The translations under genes and the position numbers were made by a program. The notes under the pieces were generated by a model. That model did no database searches. It saw nothing but the letters and a program-made list of their open reading frames with translations, and was not told where the DNA came from. Below, piece by piece: positions 20,947 through 31,598 of a DNA stretch of 64,000 bases (position 1 is its first letter; each line of letters begins with the position of its first letter). This DNA comes from an uncultured Acidobacteriota bacterium (lineage in GTDB: Bacteria > Acidobacteriota > UBA6911). The DNA lies in contig CAWHCF010000031.1 in assembly GCA_963827655.1 (NCBI GenBank), forward strand, positions 128,001 to 192,000, given 5' to 3'.

Positions 20947-21762
20947 ATGGCCCGAGAAGAATTCGTGCGCCACGAAGCGGACGGCGTGCCCTACTATTCA
21001 TGTTCCGCGCTGGAGGAACTGAGCTTCTTGCGTCATGGCTTTTCCACGCGCCATGGCGGCGTCAGCTCCTTGCCTGCAGGCAATCTCAATCTCAGTCACG
21101 TCTCCTGGGATAGCGCCCAGCAGGTAGACGAAAACCGGGGCCGTTTTATGACCGCGCTGGGTCTGGAGAGCGCCACTCTCGCTACGCTATCTCAGATTCA
21201 CTCCGATCGCCTCCATATCATAGAAGAGAAGGCTGGACAATGGAACCAACGCCCCCAGGCCGATGCCCTTGCGACCCGGCTCCAGTCGGTGGCTCTGGCG
21301 GTGCAAGTTGCGGACTGCTTTCCGATTTTACTGGTCGATCCGACGGCGGGGGCCATTGCAGGCGTGCATGCCGGGTGGAGAGGAACGCTGGCCCGCATAA
21401 TCTCAAAGAGCGTGCAGACGATGGAACTTGAGTTGGATTGCGATCCCGCGCGGCTCATGGTCGCGATTGGCCCCGGTATCAGGCACTGTTGCTTCGAAGT
21501 AGGCCCTGAAGTAGTGGAGGCGTTCGAAAGGGAGTTCCCTGGCGCGCGACTTGCAGAGCCCCATCCCGCCAACCCGGGAAGGTCCCTCTTGGACTTGCGC
21601 CGTGCCGTGGATGTCCAGTTCGCCGAGGTGGGCATTCCGCAATCGCAGGTCTTCGACCTGGGATTGTGCACCCGATGCCGGGTGGATGAATTCTTCTCAT
21701 ATCGCGGGGAAGGCCCGAAGTCGGGGCGTTTGATGGCGGTCATCTCGCGGGTCTCGGACTGA
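20947..21762 (+). CDS. pgeF: Peptidoglycan editing factor PgeF / YfiH (purine nucleoside phosphorylase-like)
   Basis: 'FSTRHGGVS', 'QIHS', 'ADCFPIL', 'HAGWRG', 'IGPGI...CCFEVG', 'FFSYR'. Confidence 0.93.
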   Translation: MAREEFVRHEADGVPYYSCSALEELSFLRHGFSTRHGGVSSLPAGNLNLSHVSWDSAQQVDENRGRFMTALGLESATLATLSQIHSDRLHIIEEKAGQWNQRPQADALATRLQSVALAVQVADCFPILLVDPTAGAIAGVHAGWRGTLARIISKSVQTMELELDCDPARLMVAIGPGIRHCCFEVGPEVVEAFEREFPGARLAEPHPANPGRSLLDLRRAVDVQFAEVGIPQSQVFDLGLCTRCRVDEFFSYRGEGPKSGRLMAVISRVSD

Positions 21763-21864
21763 CTTTAGTACCGATCTTTGGCTGTGCAAGCTACCGCACC
21801 GCAGAGCGCGCGAAATCGCCGAACTGCAGGCGCGCAGTCCAAATATCTCGCGAGGGGGATTTCG

Positions 21865-22971
21865 TTAGATTCCTAACCGAACCAGAGTTGAGGGCCTGGC
21901 TGGCCTCGGAGGCGGATTATGCGGATCGGCGTGGGGTTGTTCGCGACCCGCCAGCATGCCGCACGCAGCGGAGATGTCATCGCCGCGGGGCCGACGAACC
22001 GGGGCTGTGATCCGGTTGTCGATCAGGATCTTTTGGAATGCCAGAATGCGGTCCTCGTCCGGAGCCTTTAGTGGGACCCACGGATCGGAATTCAGCGGGA
22101 TGAGATTGATCTTCTTTCGGAATCCCGCGAGCAGGTCTACAAGCCGGCGAGCATCTGCAGGCGTGTCGTTGACCCGGTCGATCAATACGTACTCAAAGGT
22201 AATGCGGCGGCGGCGTTCGAGAGGGAAATCCCGGCAGGCTTGCAACAACGCTGCTATGTTCCACTTTTTGTTGATCGGTATCAGCACATCCCGAACCTCG
22301 TCCGTGGTGGCATTTAACGAGATGGCCAGGTTGGGTACTACCGGTTCCCTGGCCAATCGCTCAATCGCGGGCACAACACCGGAAGTGGACAGGGTGATTC
22401 TGCGCGGAGAAATCGACATCCCGCTGGGATGCGTCATCAGGCGCAACGCCTTCATTACGTTGTCGTAGTTGTGCAGCGGCTCTCCCATCCCCATGATGAC
22501 GATGTTCAAGCGCTTTTCTTCCCGGCTTCGCTCCTTCTGTAAGGTCAGGATTTGGCCGATGATTTCACCGGGAGACAGATTGCGGCGCATGGGAAGCTTT
22601 CCCGTAACACAAAAGAGACACTCCACGGCGCATCCGACCTGAGTCGAGATGCAGACGGTATCCCGTTGCCGTTCCGGGATTAAAACCGCCTCGATTCGCT
22701 GCCCGGGTGAAACCTCAAAGAGATAACGCCGGGTCCCGTCGCCGGAAGAAAAAGTCTTGATTACTGGAGGATACTCGATCGTGTATCGATGTCCCAGTCG
22801 TTGACGCAGAGGCTTTCCTAGATCGCTGAACTGATCCCAGTCCGACAGACGCCGGCGGTAAATTCCTGCAAAGATTTGCCGGACACGAAACGGAGCTTCC
22901 TTCAGTTCCTCGACCACGGCCGAGATATCTTCCTGGCTGGCTCCAAGCAGGTTGGTCCGGCTAGCTTCCAT
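21865..22971 (-). CDS. rlmN: 23S rRNA/tRNA m2A methyltransferase RlmN
   Basis: 'CISTQVGCAVECLFC', 'MGMGEP', 'RRITLSTSG', 'DISAACGML'. Confidence 0.96.
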   Translation of the reverse strand: MEASRTNLLGASQEDISAVVEELKEAPFRVRQIFAGIYRRRLSDWDQFSDLGKPLRQRLGHRYTIEYPPVIKTFSSGDGTRRYLFEVSPGQRIEAVLIPERQRDTVCISTQVGCAVECLFCVTGKLPMRRNLSPGEIIGQILTLQKERSREEKRLNIVIMGMGEPLHNYDNVMKALRLMTHPSGMSISPRRITLSTSGVVPAIERLAREPVVPNLAISLNATTDEVRDVLIPINKKWNIAALLQACRDFPLERRRRITFEYVLIDRVNDTPADARRLVDLLAGFRKKINLIPLNSDPWVPLKAPDEDRILAFQKILIDNRITAPVRRPRGDDISAACGMLAGREQPHADPHNPPPRPARPSTLVRLGI

Positions 22972-23113
22972 CAAGAATCTCTTCTTATCCGGGATTCATG
23001 CAGGCTCAAACGATACCACGTTGGCAAAGGCGCGTCATGTCATCATGTTGATCGTCATCTGCACCTGTGGTAAGAATAGCTGTTTGCAAGCATCGTAACG
23101 ATCCGAGAGTTGA

Positions 23114-24376
23114 ATGGACGTTCAGAAGAAGGAGTTGAAGAATGGCCTCGTCGTGGCCACCGAGGTCATGCCTCACCTTCGATCCGCCTCCATCGGCGTC
23201 TGGGTAAAATGCGGTTCCCGTTTTGAGAACGATGGCACCACGGGGATCTCCCACTTCATCGAGCATCTGCTTTTCAAGGGCACGAGGTCCAGGTCGGCCG
23301 CAGATATTGCGCAAGCGATAGATTCGGTCGGCGGGCAACTCAATGCTTTCACCGATAAAGAGTATGTGGGATTCTACGCCAGGGTCTTGGATCAACATCT
23401 TCCTTTCGCGTTTGAACTCCTTTCCGACATCGTTCTGAACCCGACTTTTCCCTTGTCGGAAATGAAGCGCGAGCGAAACGTCATCTTCGAAGAAATCAAC
23501 ATGGTGGAGGATTCTCCGCAGGACTTGATTCAGGACATTTTTCTCGAGAACTTCTGGCAGGGGCATCCACTGGGTCGTCCGATTTCCGGCACAAAGGAGT
23601 CGGTGTCGCGCATCACACGGCATGACGTGATCCGGTACTTCAGGAGCAACTACACCGCGTGTAACACGGTGATTTCCGTGGCTGGGAACATCCGGCACCG
23701 CAAGGTCCAGGCGCTGTCACAGCGTCATTTTTCGGATCTGGAGCCGGGGATTTCCACCGAACATGGATCTCCGCCGGTAGTCCGACCTCGGAGGGTAATC
23801 CGCCGAAAGCCCAATCTGGAGCAGACGCATATCTGTATTGGCACTCCGTGTCCGCCCCTCATTTCGCGCGACCGCTTTGCCATCCATATTCTGAGCAATG
23901 TGCTGGGGGGCGGGATAAGTTCCCGTCTCTTTCAAAATATTCGTGAGAAGCAGGGTCTTGTCTATTCCATTTACTCTACTCTGAATCTCTATCGCGATGC
24001 TGGAACTCTCATGATCTATGCGGGGACAGCAGCCGAAAAGGCCCCGGCGGTAATTGCCATGGCTCTGAAGGAACTCAGAAAACTGCGGCGACAGCTGATC
24101 TCAGCCGACGAGCTGAAGCGCTCGAAGGAAAACATCAAAGGTTCAGTAATGCTCAGTCTTGAAAGCTCCAGCAGCAGGATGACGAATCTGGCCCAGCAAC
24201 AGATCTACTATGGTCGTTTCTATCGTCCCCAGGAGATTCTCGACAGCGTAGATCGCGTGCGAGCTGTGGATCTGCGACGATTGGCCAATGAGATACTCGA
24301 TTCCTCGTATCTCACGCTGACCACTCTGGGCAACGAGAATGGCCGGGACCTGGAAACCGTTCCTCTAACCATATAA
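23114..24376 (+). CDS. M16 (pitrilysin-like) zinc peptidase
   Basis: 'GISHFIEHLLFKGT' (HxxEH), 'LNAFT', 'SRLFQNIREKQGLVY'. Confidence 0.95.
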   Translation: MDVQKKELKNGLVVATEVMPHLRSASIGVWVKCGSRFENDGTTGISHFIEHLLFKGTRSRSAADIAQAIDSVGGQLNAFTDKEYVGFYARVLDQHLPFAFELLSDIVLNPTFPLSEMKRERNVIFEEINMVEDSPQDLIQDIFLENFWQGHPLGRPISGTKESVSRITRHDVIRYFRSNYTACNTVISVAGNIRHRKVQALSQRHFSDLEPGISTEHGSPPVVRPRRVIRRKPNLEQTHICIGTPCPPLISRDRFAIHILSNVLGGGISSRLFQNIREKQGLVYSIYSTLNLYRDAGTLMIYAGTAAEKAPAVIAMALKELRKLRRQLISADELKRSKENIKGSVMLSLESSSSRMTNLAQQQIYYGRFYRPQEILDSVDRVRAVDLRRLANEILDSSYLTLTTLGNENGRDLETVPLTI

Positions 24377-24380
24377 AACA

Positions 24381-25166
24381 ATGGCGCTGAGTTTCACTCT
24401 ACTCGGAAGCGGAAGTTCCGGTAATGCCACTCTGGTGAGCGACCGGGACACGCACGTCCTGGTCGACATCGGACTCAGTGGCCGCGAGACGGCACGCCGG
24501 CTGCGGGAGCGCAGGCTGTGTCCCGAACAAATCTCTGCGGTCGTGGTTTCCCATGAGCACAGCGACCACTGCCGGGGAGCGGCCGCTTTTGCCAAAGACA
24601 TGGACATTCCTGTATTCATTACCGACGGGGCCTTGCAGGCGTCGTGCATGCGGCTGAATCCCGCAAAACGACAGCGGATTGAATCCGGCGTCCCTTTCGA
24701 CGTGTACGGCTTGCTTTTCGTTCCGTTCGCGGTACCGCACGACTCGGTAGACCCGGTGGCATTTACTATCGAGAAAGACGGAATCAAGGTGGCGATCGTT
24801 CTCGACCTGGGCTATATCACAAACCTTGTGGTGCAGCGTCTGAAAGGGTGTGACGGCGTCGTGCTGGAATCCAATCACGATATCAATATGCTGAAGGTTG
24901 GCCCTTATCCGTGGTCTCTCAAGCAGCGAGTTCTCAGCAGACGCGGTCACCTTTCGAACGACTCCGTGGCCAGCTTTCTCGCCAGTGGGTTTGACGGGAG
25001 GGCACGACACGTGGTTCTGGCCCATTTGAGCCAGAGTAACAATCTTCCGGAACTGGCCTCTTTGTCGGCTCAAAAGGCACTGGAGGAACGATCCACTCTC
25101 CTGCGTTGCCAGACAAGTCTGGAACTCGCGAGCGCGAACCAGATCAGTGCTACCTACTGTTACTAG
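24381..25166 (+). CDS. MBL-fold hydrolase, YycJ/WalJ-like
   Basis: 'LGSGSSGNA', 'SHEHSDH', 'LESNHD', 'GHLSN', 'LAHLS'. Confidence 0.9.
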   Translation: MALSFTLLGSGSSGNATLVSDRDTHVLVDIGLSGRETARRLRERRLCPEQISAVVVSHEHSDHCRGAAAFAKDMDIPVFITDGALQASCMRLNPAKRQRIESGVPFDVYGLLFVPFAVPHDSVDPVAFTIEKDGIKVAIVLDLGYITNLVVQRLKGCDGVVLESNHDINMLKVGPYPWSLKQRVLSRRGHLSNDSVASFLASGFDGRARHVVLAHLSQSNNLPELASLSAQKALEERSTLLRCQTSLELASANQISATYCY

Positions 25167-25365
25167 CCTGTCTTACGAGAAAATCTTCAGCGCTTCTTGG
25201 CGGTTAGTCATCAGTTTAGCCCTGGGAAAATCTGTAACCGGATTGAGAACTGTGAGAAACCGTGCCACGGCCATGCTCCCGTCGGTTTGCGTCAACCGAT
25301 CCGCTGCCTGAGGATTACTCTTGGAATGGCAAGTCGGACGGGCCCGTGCCCCAGGGACCAGAGAT

Positions 25366-25554
25366 TGGCGCGAGAGTCGGTGGTCAATCATGAACCGGTT
25401 TCTGTTAGCTAAGCACGCTGAGGATCGCGCCCCTTCGGGCTGCGGCCCGCAGGCCCGCTGGCTTTGTTGCTCGCTCCGCACCGGGTACGCATCGTCGCTC
25501 GCGCCTCGCCAGCCGGCCTGCAGCAGAATGCGAACTTATTTCTGCGCGAACCCT
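25366..25554. mobile_element. Truncated copy 2 of MITE family A (left TIR missing)
   Basis: Near-identical to 11948-12153 with two short internal deletions; ends ~30 bp upstream of purB. Confidence 0.85.
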
Positions 25555-25585
25555 GGGAGACAGTGACTGGAGGATCTCAAATCAG

Positions 25586-26878
25586 ATGATCGAGCGCTAC
25601 CTTCCTGCCGATTTGGCAGGGATATGGTCCGAAGAAAACAAGTTTCGCGCGTGGCTGCGCGTAGAACTTGAGGTGTGTCAGGTCCTGGCGGAAAGAGGCT
25701 GGATTCCGTCGCAATCCATGGAGATGATCCGCAGGAAGGCGAACTTCTCGCTAGCCAGAATCCGTGAAATCGAAAATGTCACTCATCACGACCTGATCGC
25801 GTTTACCACCAGCGTAGCGGAGCACGTCGGTCCCGATTCCCGCTACATCCATTGGGGACTTACCTCCACAGACGTGGTCGATACTGCCCAGGCGTTGCAG
25901 TTGCGAGATGTGAATGATCGGATCCTTGCCGCGATCGACGGGTTTCTCGAAGCCGTGAAAAGGCAGGCGCAGGAGCATCGCAAGACCCTGATGATGGGTC
26001 GAACCCACGGAGTTCACGCCGAGGTAACGACTTTTGGCTTGAAGCTGGCGGTCTGGTATGACGAGATGCGCCGCAACCGGGAGCGAATGACGCGTGCCGC
26101 CGAGATCATGCGCGTAGGCAAGATCTCCGGCGCTGTGGGAACGTTTGCCCATCTCGATCCTGAATTGGAAGTCGAGGTGTGCCGGAGACTGGGTCTGGAG
26201 GCAGCCCGTATTTCAACCCAGACACTTCAGCGCGACCGTCATTCAGAGTATGTGGCGACGCTTGCGATCATTGGGGCTTCGCTGGAAAAGTTCGCTACTG
26301 AAATCAGGCACCTTCAGCGGACCGAAGTGCGAGAAGTAGAGGAACCCTTTGCCTCGGGACAGAAGGGCTCTTCGGCCATGCCTCACAAACGCAACCCGGT
26401 GAAATCGGAACAGGTCTGCGGACTGGCTCGCCTCCTGCGCGGGTATGCCGTTACCGCGCTGGAAAATGGCGCGCTCTGGCACGAGCGCGATATTTCACAC
26501 TCTTCGGCCGAGCGGGTAATACTTCCCGACGCTACGGCGGTTCTCTGCTACATGCTCCGTTTGATGACCCGGATCGTCACCGGCCTGGCTGTCTATCCCG
26601 AGCGCATGCTGAAGAATATGGAATTAACCCGTGGACTGGCCTATTCGGGGCAACTCCTGCTCGACTTGACTCGGAAGGGAGTCGCCAGGGAAGATGCCTA
26701 CCAGTGGGTCCAACGCTGTTCGATGAAGGTTTGGGATCAGGACAAGGATTTTCTGCAGGTCCTGCAGGAGGATCCCGACATCACCAAAGTGCTCTCCATC
26801 GAGGATCTCCGCTCGGTGGTCAATCCCGAATTGCAGCTGCGCAATGTCGACAAGATCTTCCACCGGGTCTTCGGTTGA
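25586..26878 (+). CDS. purB: Adenylosuccinate lyase
   Basis: 'MIERY', 'HWGLTSTD', 'GRTHGVHAE', 'GSSAMPHKRNP'. Confidence 0.98.
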   Translation: MIERYLPADLAGIWSEENKFRAWLRVELEVCQVLAERGWIPSQSMEMIRRKANFSLARIREIENVTHHDLIAFTTSVAEHVGPDSRYIHWGLTSTDVVDTAQALQLRDVNDRILAAIDGFLEAVKRQAQEHRKTLMMGRTHGVHAEVTTFGLKLAVWYDEMRRNRERMTRAAEIMRVGKISGAVGTFAHLDPELEVEVCRRLGLEAARISTQTLQRDRHSEYVATLAIIGASLEKFATEIRHLQRTEVREVEEPFASGQKGSSAMPHKRNPVKSEQVCGLARLLRGYAVTALENGALWHERDISHSSAERVILPDATAVLCYMLRLMTRIVTGLAVYPERMLKNMELTRGLAYSGQLLLDLTRKGVAREDAYQWVQRCSMKVWDQDKDFLQVLQEDPDITKVLSIEDLRSVVNPELQLRNVDKIFHRVFG

Positions 26879-26957
26879 TTTGCGATCGCTCGATTAACGA
26901 TAAGCATGCGAAGACGCAACCCACTACTGCTCGAAGCGCCTGGGCGGGAACTTTGGC

Positions 26958-26986
26958 TTGCATTTTCACCCAACGATTTCTATCAT
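26958..26986 (+). promoter_or_regulatory. Sigma70-type promoter of the rpmH operon
   Basis: TTGCAT-N17-TATCAT, ~33 bp upstream of the rpmH ATG. Confidence 0.6.
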
Positions 26987-27019
26987 TAATGGCTTTTGTC
27001 AACCGCCGGGGGACTTGCG

Positions 27020-27160
27020 ATGAAGAGAACCTTTCAACCCAACAACAGCAAGCGGAAGAAGACCCACGGGTTTCGCTCGAGGATGGCGACGAAAGGGGGA
27101 AGGCTGGTTTTGAAGCGCCGGCGAGCCAAGGGTCGAACAAGGCTGACCGTGAGTGGTTAG
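27020..27160 (+). CDS. rpmH: 50S ribosomal protein L34 (not in the ORF track)
   Basis: [46 protein letters not shown]. Confidence 0.97.
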   Translation: MKRTFQPNNSKRKKTHGFRSRMATKGGRLVLKRRRAKGRTRLTVSG

Positions 27161-27506
27161 GAAACCCCAGGAGGGATTCCCCTGGCGCTACAGGATTGTT
27201 CGTGCCTCGGACTACCAATCCATTTACGGCACAGGTCAGAAGGTGCATGCCGAGAGATTCGTTCTCTACGGACGCGAGAATAGTCTGGATCATTCGCGCT
27301 TGGGAATGACGGTTTCCCGAAGGGTTGGCAAAGCAGTGGTTCGAAATCGCGTAAAGCGCCTGCTTCGGGAGATCTTCCGAAAATCCGCTGACGACTTTCC
27401 AAATCATTTCGACTTCGTCGTGAATGCGAAGCGTGGCTGTGCGACGGCTAATTATCGCGCTCTGCGCGCGGAGTTGCTGGACGCGATTCGCAAGCTATTG
27501 CGATGA
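27153..27506 (+). CDS. rnpA: Ribonuclease P protein component
   Basis: '[28 protein letters not shown]'; synteny after rpmH. Confidence 0.95.
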   Translation: MVRKPQEGFPWRYRIVRASDYQSIYGTGQKVHAERFVLYGRENSLDHSRLGMTVSRRVGKAVVRNRVKRLLREIFRKSADDFPNHFDFVVNAKRGCATANYRALRAELLDAIRKLLR

Positions 27507-27577
27507 AAGAATCTGCATGCCGAAACGATTCGAACCTGTCTCTGCACGAAACGCTTGGTGCCAGGTCATGTTCGGCG

Positions 27578-27787
27578 ATGAAAAGCATCATTCTTCTTAT
27601 GCTGCATGGATACAAGCGTTACATATCTCCCTGGCTTCCCCGTTCTTGCCGATTCGAGCCTACCTGTTCAGAGTACATGTACCAGGCCGTCGAAAGGAGA
27701 GGAGTCCCGAAGGGAATTCTTCTGGGTGTGAAGCGCCTGTTGAGGTGCCATCCCTTCTGTCAGGGCGGTTTTGATCCTGTGCCATAA
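27578..27787 (+). CDS. yidD: Membrane protein insertion efficiency factor YidD
   Basis: 'YKRYISP...CRFEPTCSEY...RLLRCHPF..GGFDPVP'. Confidence 0.95.
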   Translation: MKSIILLMLHGYKRYISPWLPRSCRFEPTCSEYMYQAVERRGVPKGILLGVKRLLRCHPFCQGGFDPVP

Positions 27788-27806
27788 ACGTGTCTTAAGT
27801 TGATCT

Positions 27807-29497
27807 ATGGAAAAAAAGGCCCTGATAGCCATAGCGTTATCGATTCTTGTCCTTCTGGTTTTCGGATACTTTAACGAACGCCGGTCGGCCGAACGAAGCA
27901 CGTCGGCGCCCCCCTGTGGCGAAGCCTGCCTCGACCACCCCGCCTGCCGAAATTCAGCCTCTTCCTGCGAGTCCTCCAGCCGCAGAGAAACCCGATCAAG
28001 CGGTAGTCGTGAGTCCGGAGGACACTGTCGCTACGGAACAGTCGATAGTTATAGACGGACCCTTGTATCGTGCGGTCGTGGCTAACCGCGGAGGGTTTCT
28101 GACAAGCTGGAAGCTAAAGAAGCATAAGGACGATCAAGGGAAAGATTTTGAGATGGTGGCCGCGAGCCACAACCCTGAGTCGCGACCCTATCCCGGAGCT
28201 TTGGTTCTGGCCGATGCAACACTGAATTGGTTGGCCAACGGCGAATTGTACGAGCCTGCTATTGAGAACAGCGAAGGAAGCGGCACGGACCTCATCCCTC
28301 CCGCAACCGTGCGCCTGCGACTGCGGCGCGGGGACCTGGTGATCGAGAAAAGCTACCAGTTTCATCGGGATAACTATCTGGTCGATTTTCAAGTGTCAAT
28401 CCGGAAAGACTCGAAGCCAGTGGCGGCACGTGCACTGCTGGGCCAGGACATCGGACCTGAGCGCGAGCACCTGATAGATCCGTCATTGCAACTACGGGCG
28501 ATTTATAACCAGGGCGGAAAAATTAATCGGGATGGTCCGCCGGAAGAGCCGAATCAAGTCAGAAGGATCGAAGGAGATGTGCGTTGGGTTGGCTTGGATA
28601 TGCATTACTTCTGCATCATAGCCATTCCTCATCGGCCGCTCGCGGCTTTTGAGTTGCAGAAGAAGCCCGTCAAGACCACGGGCCTGGACGGAAAGGAGAT
28701 CGCGCGAGATTTATTGCCGCTGACAATTCCCATCGAGGACCGCCTCGCCTTGAAGATGTTTGTCGGACCCAAGGAACAGGATCGCCTGAATGCGGTTAAA
28801 GATGCCGATCTCTCGGAAGTAATCGATTTCGGCATGTTCTCGATTCCTGGTCCGCCCGCTGTTGTTTTCGTTGAAATGGATCGTGCGGTACGTACACAAC
28901 TACGGGTGGGCGATCATTCTCCTGACACTTCTGCTGACGCTCCTCTTGTTTCCCTTCCGCCTCAAACAAATGGTTTCGATGAAGAAAATGGCCGTCGTCC
29001 AGCCCAAGGTGAAGGAAATCCAGGAGAAATATAGAAAATATAAGAAGACAGACCCCCGCAGGGCGCAAATGAACCAGGAGGTCATGGCGCTCTACAAGGA
29101 ACACAATGTGAATCCCCTGGGTGGCTGCCTGCCGCTATTGCTTCAGATGCCTCTGCTGTTTGCGTTTTACCAGCTTCTAGCCTCTTCAATAGAGCTTCGG
29201 CACGCGCCCTATATGGCGTGGATCCGAGACCTTTCGGCAAAGGACCCCTACTATGTATTGCCGATTGTCATGGGGATCACGATGTTAATCTCCCAGAAAA
29301 TGACACCGATGGCGCCTGGCGCCGATCCAATGCAGACACGAATGATGATGATGATGCCGGTGGTTTTCACTTTCATGTTTCTGAATGTGTCCAGCGGCTT
29401 GAACCTCTATTTTCTGTGCAGTAATATCTTTCAAGTCGGCTTCCAAAAAGTTGCAGAAAGGTGGATTAATGACGGAAAGCCAGCCTCAAAAGGATGA
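27807..29497 (+). CDS. yidC: Membrane protein insertase YidC; two apparent +1 frameshifts (~27894, ~28846)
   Basis: N-terminal TM 'MEKKALIAIALSILVL', periplasmic domain and C-terminal 'NYGWAII...VNPLGGCLP...WIRDLS.KDPYYVLP' are spread over three frames; canonical synteny. Confidence 0.93.
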
Positions 29498-29963
29498 TTC
29501 CGCGCCATCTCCGGGCGAATTTCAGCAGACGGTGGCGCAGTTTTGCGAAGGCCTGGTGCGATGCGTCAAGCTGGAGCTAACCGTGACCGCTTCGGAATCG
29601 GACGGAATTGTATCGATAAACTTCTCCGGTCCGGATCGTTCGGTGCTGCTTTCAAACGCCGCATCGTTGCTGAATAGCCTGGAGTATTTACTCAACCGGG
29701 TCTTCCGAACGGGGCGCGAGTCGAGAATCTCCTCGATCGTTCTGGATTCCGAAAGCTACAGGCAGCATCGCGAGGCTGAGTTGGTTCTCCTGGCGCAAAT
29801 GGCTTCGCAGAAGGTCGTTTCCCAGCAAAAGCCTCTGAGCCTGCAGCCCATGACCCCGAGAGAGCGCCGGATTGTTCATCTCGCCCTCGCCATGATCCAA
29901 GGCGTCCGTTCTCAGAGCGAAGGCGACGGAGAGAGCCGCAGCATCACGATATATCCCTCTTGA
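29469..29963 (+). CDS. jag: Jag/EloR-like KH-R3H RNA-binding protein (short form)
   Basis: 'LNSLEYLLNR', 'LQPMTPRERRIVHLAL', 'SQSEGDGESR'; located after yidC. Confidence 0.85.
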   Translation: MTESQPQKDDSAPSPGEFQQTVAQFCEGLVRCVKLELTVTASESDGIVSINFSGPDRSVLLSNAASLLNSLEYLLNRVFRTGRESRISSIVLDSESYRQHREAELVLLAQMASQKVVSQQKPLSLQPMTPRERRIVHLALAMIQGVRSQSEGDGESRSITIYPS

Positions 29964-30082
29964 TTCGCGTCTCAACGCTGGCTCGCGATCCACCGCCAGG
30001 ACGCCAAGACCATAAAATGGGAGCATAAGGTCTCAGGCCCGGCGTCAATCGGCCATCTACGCTCCTCGATCCACATTCGGAT

Positions 30083-31468
30083 ATGGGTGACCTGGATGAC
30101 ACAATCTGCGCCCTTTCCAGCGCTCCTGGCCGTGCGGGTATCGCTGTGGTCCGCATCAGCGGTCACGCAGCCTTTGGAATAGTTCAAAAGGTTTTTTCCC
30201 CCAGAGAGTCTGGTGGCGGTTTCCTGCGGCCGCGACAAGCGGTATTGGGGAAGATTCATCACCCCGAATCAGGAGCCGAACTCGATCAGGCGCTGGTAAC
30301 CTGCTTTCCTGCTCCTCATTCCTACACGGGCGAAGATGTAGCGGAAGTTTCCGTGCACGGCAGCCCGGTCATCGTCTCAACTCTTCTCGATTTCCTTTGC
30401 CAGTCAGGCGCGCGGCTGGCAGATCCAGGGGAGTTTACCCTGAGGGCTTTCCTGCACGGGCGGATAGACCTTGCCCAGGCCGAGGCCGTGCGCGATGTGA
30501 TCGAGGCGAAAACCCTGTACCAGGTCCAGGTCGCATCCCGGCAACGCGAGGGTGAACTCTCTCGTCGGCTGGATCCGCTCAAGAAGCTGATAATTGATAT
30601 TGTGGTTCAACTCGAGTCAGCGGTCGAGTTTGTGGAAGAAGATCTTCCGTTGGAATCGCGCGAAAACGTTGCCGCAAAGCTTGACCAGGCGGGTCTCGAC
30701 CTGAACAAGTGGATTCGCTCCTTCCGTCGAGGGCGGCTGATCAGAGATGGATTCAGCATGGCGATTGTCGGTCGACCCAATGTGGGTAAAAGCAGCCTCT
30801 TCAACGCGCTTCTGGCCCAGGAGCGCTCAATCGTCACGGAAATTCCGGGTACAACCCGCGATCTTGTTTCCGAATTCACCAGTCTGGAGGGTATACCGGT
30901 TCGTCTGCTTGACACCGCCGGTGTTCGAGCCTCAGCGGATAAGGTCGAGCAGCTCGGGGTCGATCGGAGCTTCCAGGTGATGGCGGACGCTGATTCGCTT
31001 CTGCTGGTCGTCGATACCAGCGAACCGCCTGCTGAGGAAGACTGGGAATTGAGAGAGCGACTGAAGGGCGTATCGGGCATTGCGGTGATGAACAAGTCAG
31101 ACGTGCCGTGTCGCTGGTTGCCGGAGGAGAAAGAACGATACGCCGGCAACTGGGCCTGCGCGGAAGTCTCGGCAAAGACTGGAGCGGCGATTGAGAAATT
31201 GCAGAGGGCCATATTGCAGCATCTGTTTGGGGACGAGGGTCCGGATCGTGACGGCATCCTGGTGACGAATCTCAGGCACTGCCACTGCCTGGAGGGAGCG
31301 CAAGAGGCACTCTCGAAAGCCGCGCGCGGGCTCCGTGACGGACTTTCCGAAGAGTTTGCACTCGTGGACCTGCACGCGGCGCTCCGGGTACTGGGCGAGA
31401 TCACCGGTGAGACGACAGTGGAGGAGCTCCTGGGCGAGATCTTTTCGCGTTTCTGCATCGGCAAGTGA
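30083..31468 (+). CDS. mnmE: tRNA modification GTPase MnmE/TrmE
   Basis: 'DTICALSS', 'SYTGED', 'GRPNVGKSS', 'GTTRD', 'DTAG', C-terminal 'FSRFCIGK'. Confidence 0.98.
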   Translation: MGDLDDTICALSSAPGRAGIAVVRISGHAAFGIVQKVFSPRESGGGFLRPRQAVLGKIHHPESGAELDQALVTCFPAPHSYTGEDVAEVSVHGSPVIVSTLLDFLCQSGARLADPGEFTLRAFLHGRIDLAQAEAVRDVIEAKTLYQVQVASRQREGELSRRLDPLKKLIIDIVVQLESAVEFVEEDLPLESRENVAAKLDQAGLDLNKWIRSFRRGRLIRDGFSMAIVGRPNVGKSSLFNALLAQERSIVTEIPGTTRDLVSEFTSLEGIPVRLLDTAGVRASADKVEQLGVDRSFQVMADADSLLLVVDTSEPPAEEDWELRERLKGVSGIAVMNKSDVPCRWLPEEKERYAGNWACAEVSAKTGAAIEKLQRAILQHLFGDEGPDRDGILVTNLRHCHCLEGAQEALSKAARGLRDGLSEEFALVDLHAALRVLGEITGETTVEELLGEIFSRFCIGK

Positions 31469-31598
31469 GAACCGTTCGCATTGCTTTGGAAGGTTTTTGG
31501 GGTTCCCGGCCCGTTCCCTGGAAGCGCAATTGAATCGCGGTCTCCAGGAAGGAATCTGTTAGAATGGCCCTTCTTCTTTTCCCCGGAAAGGCAGCGAC

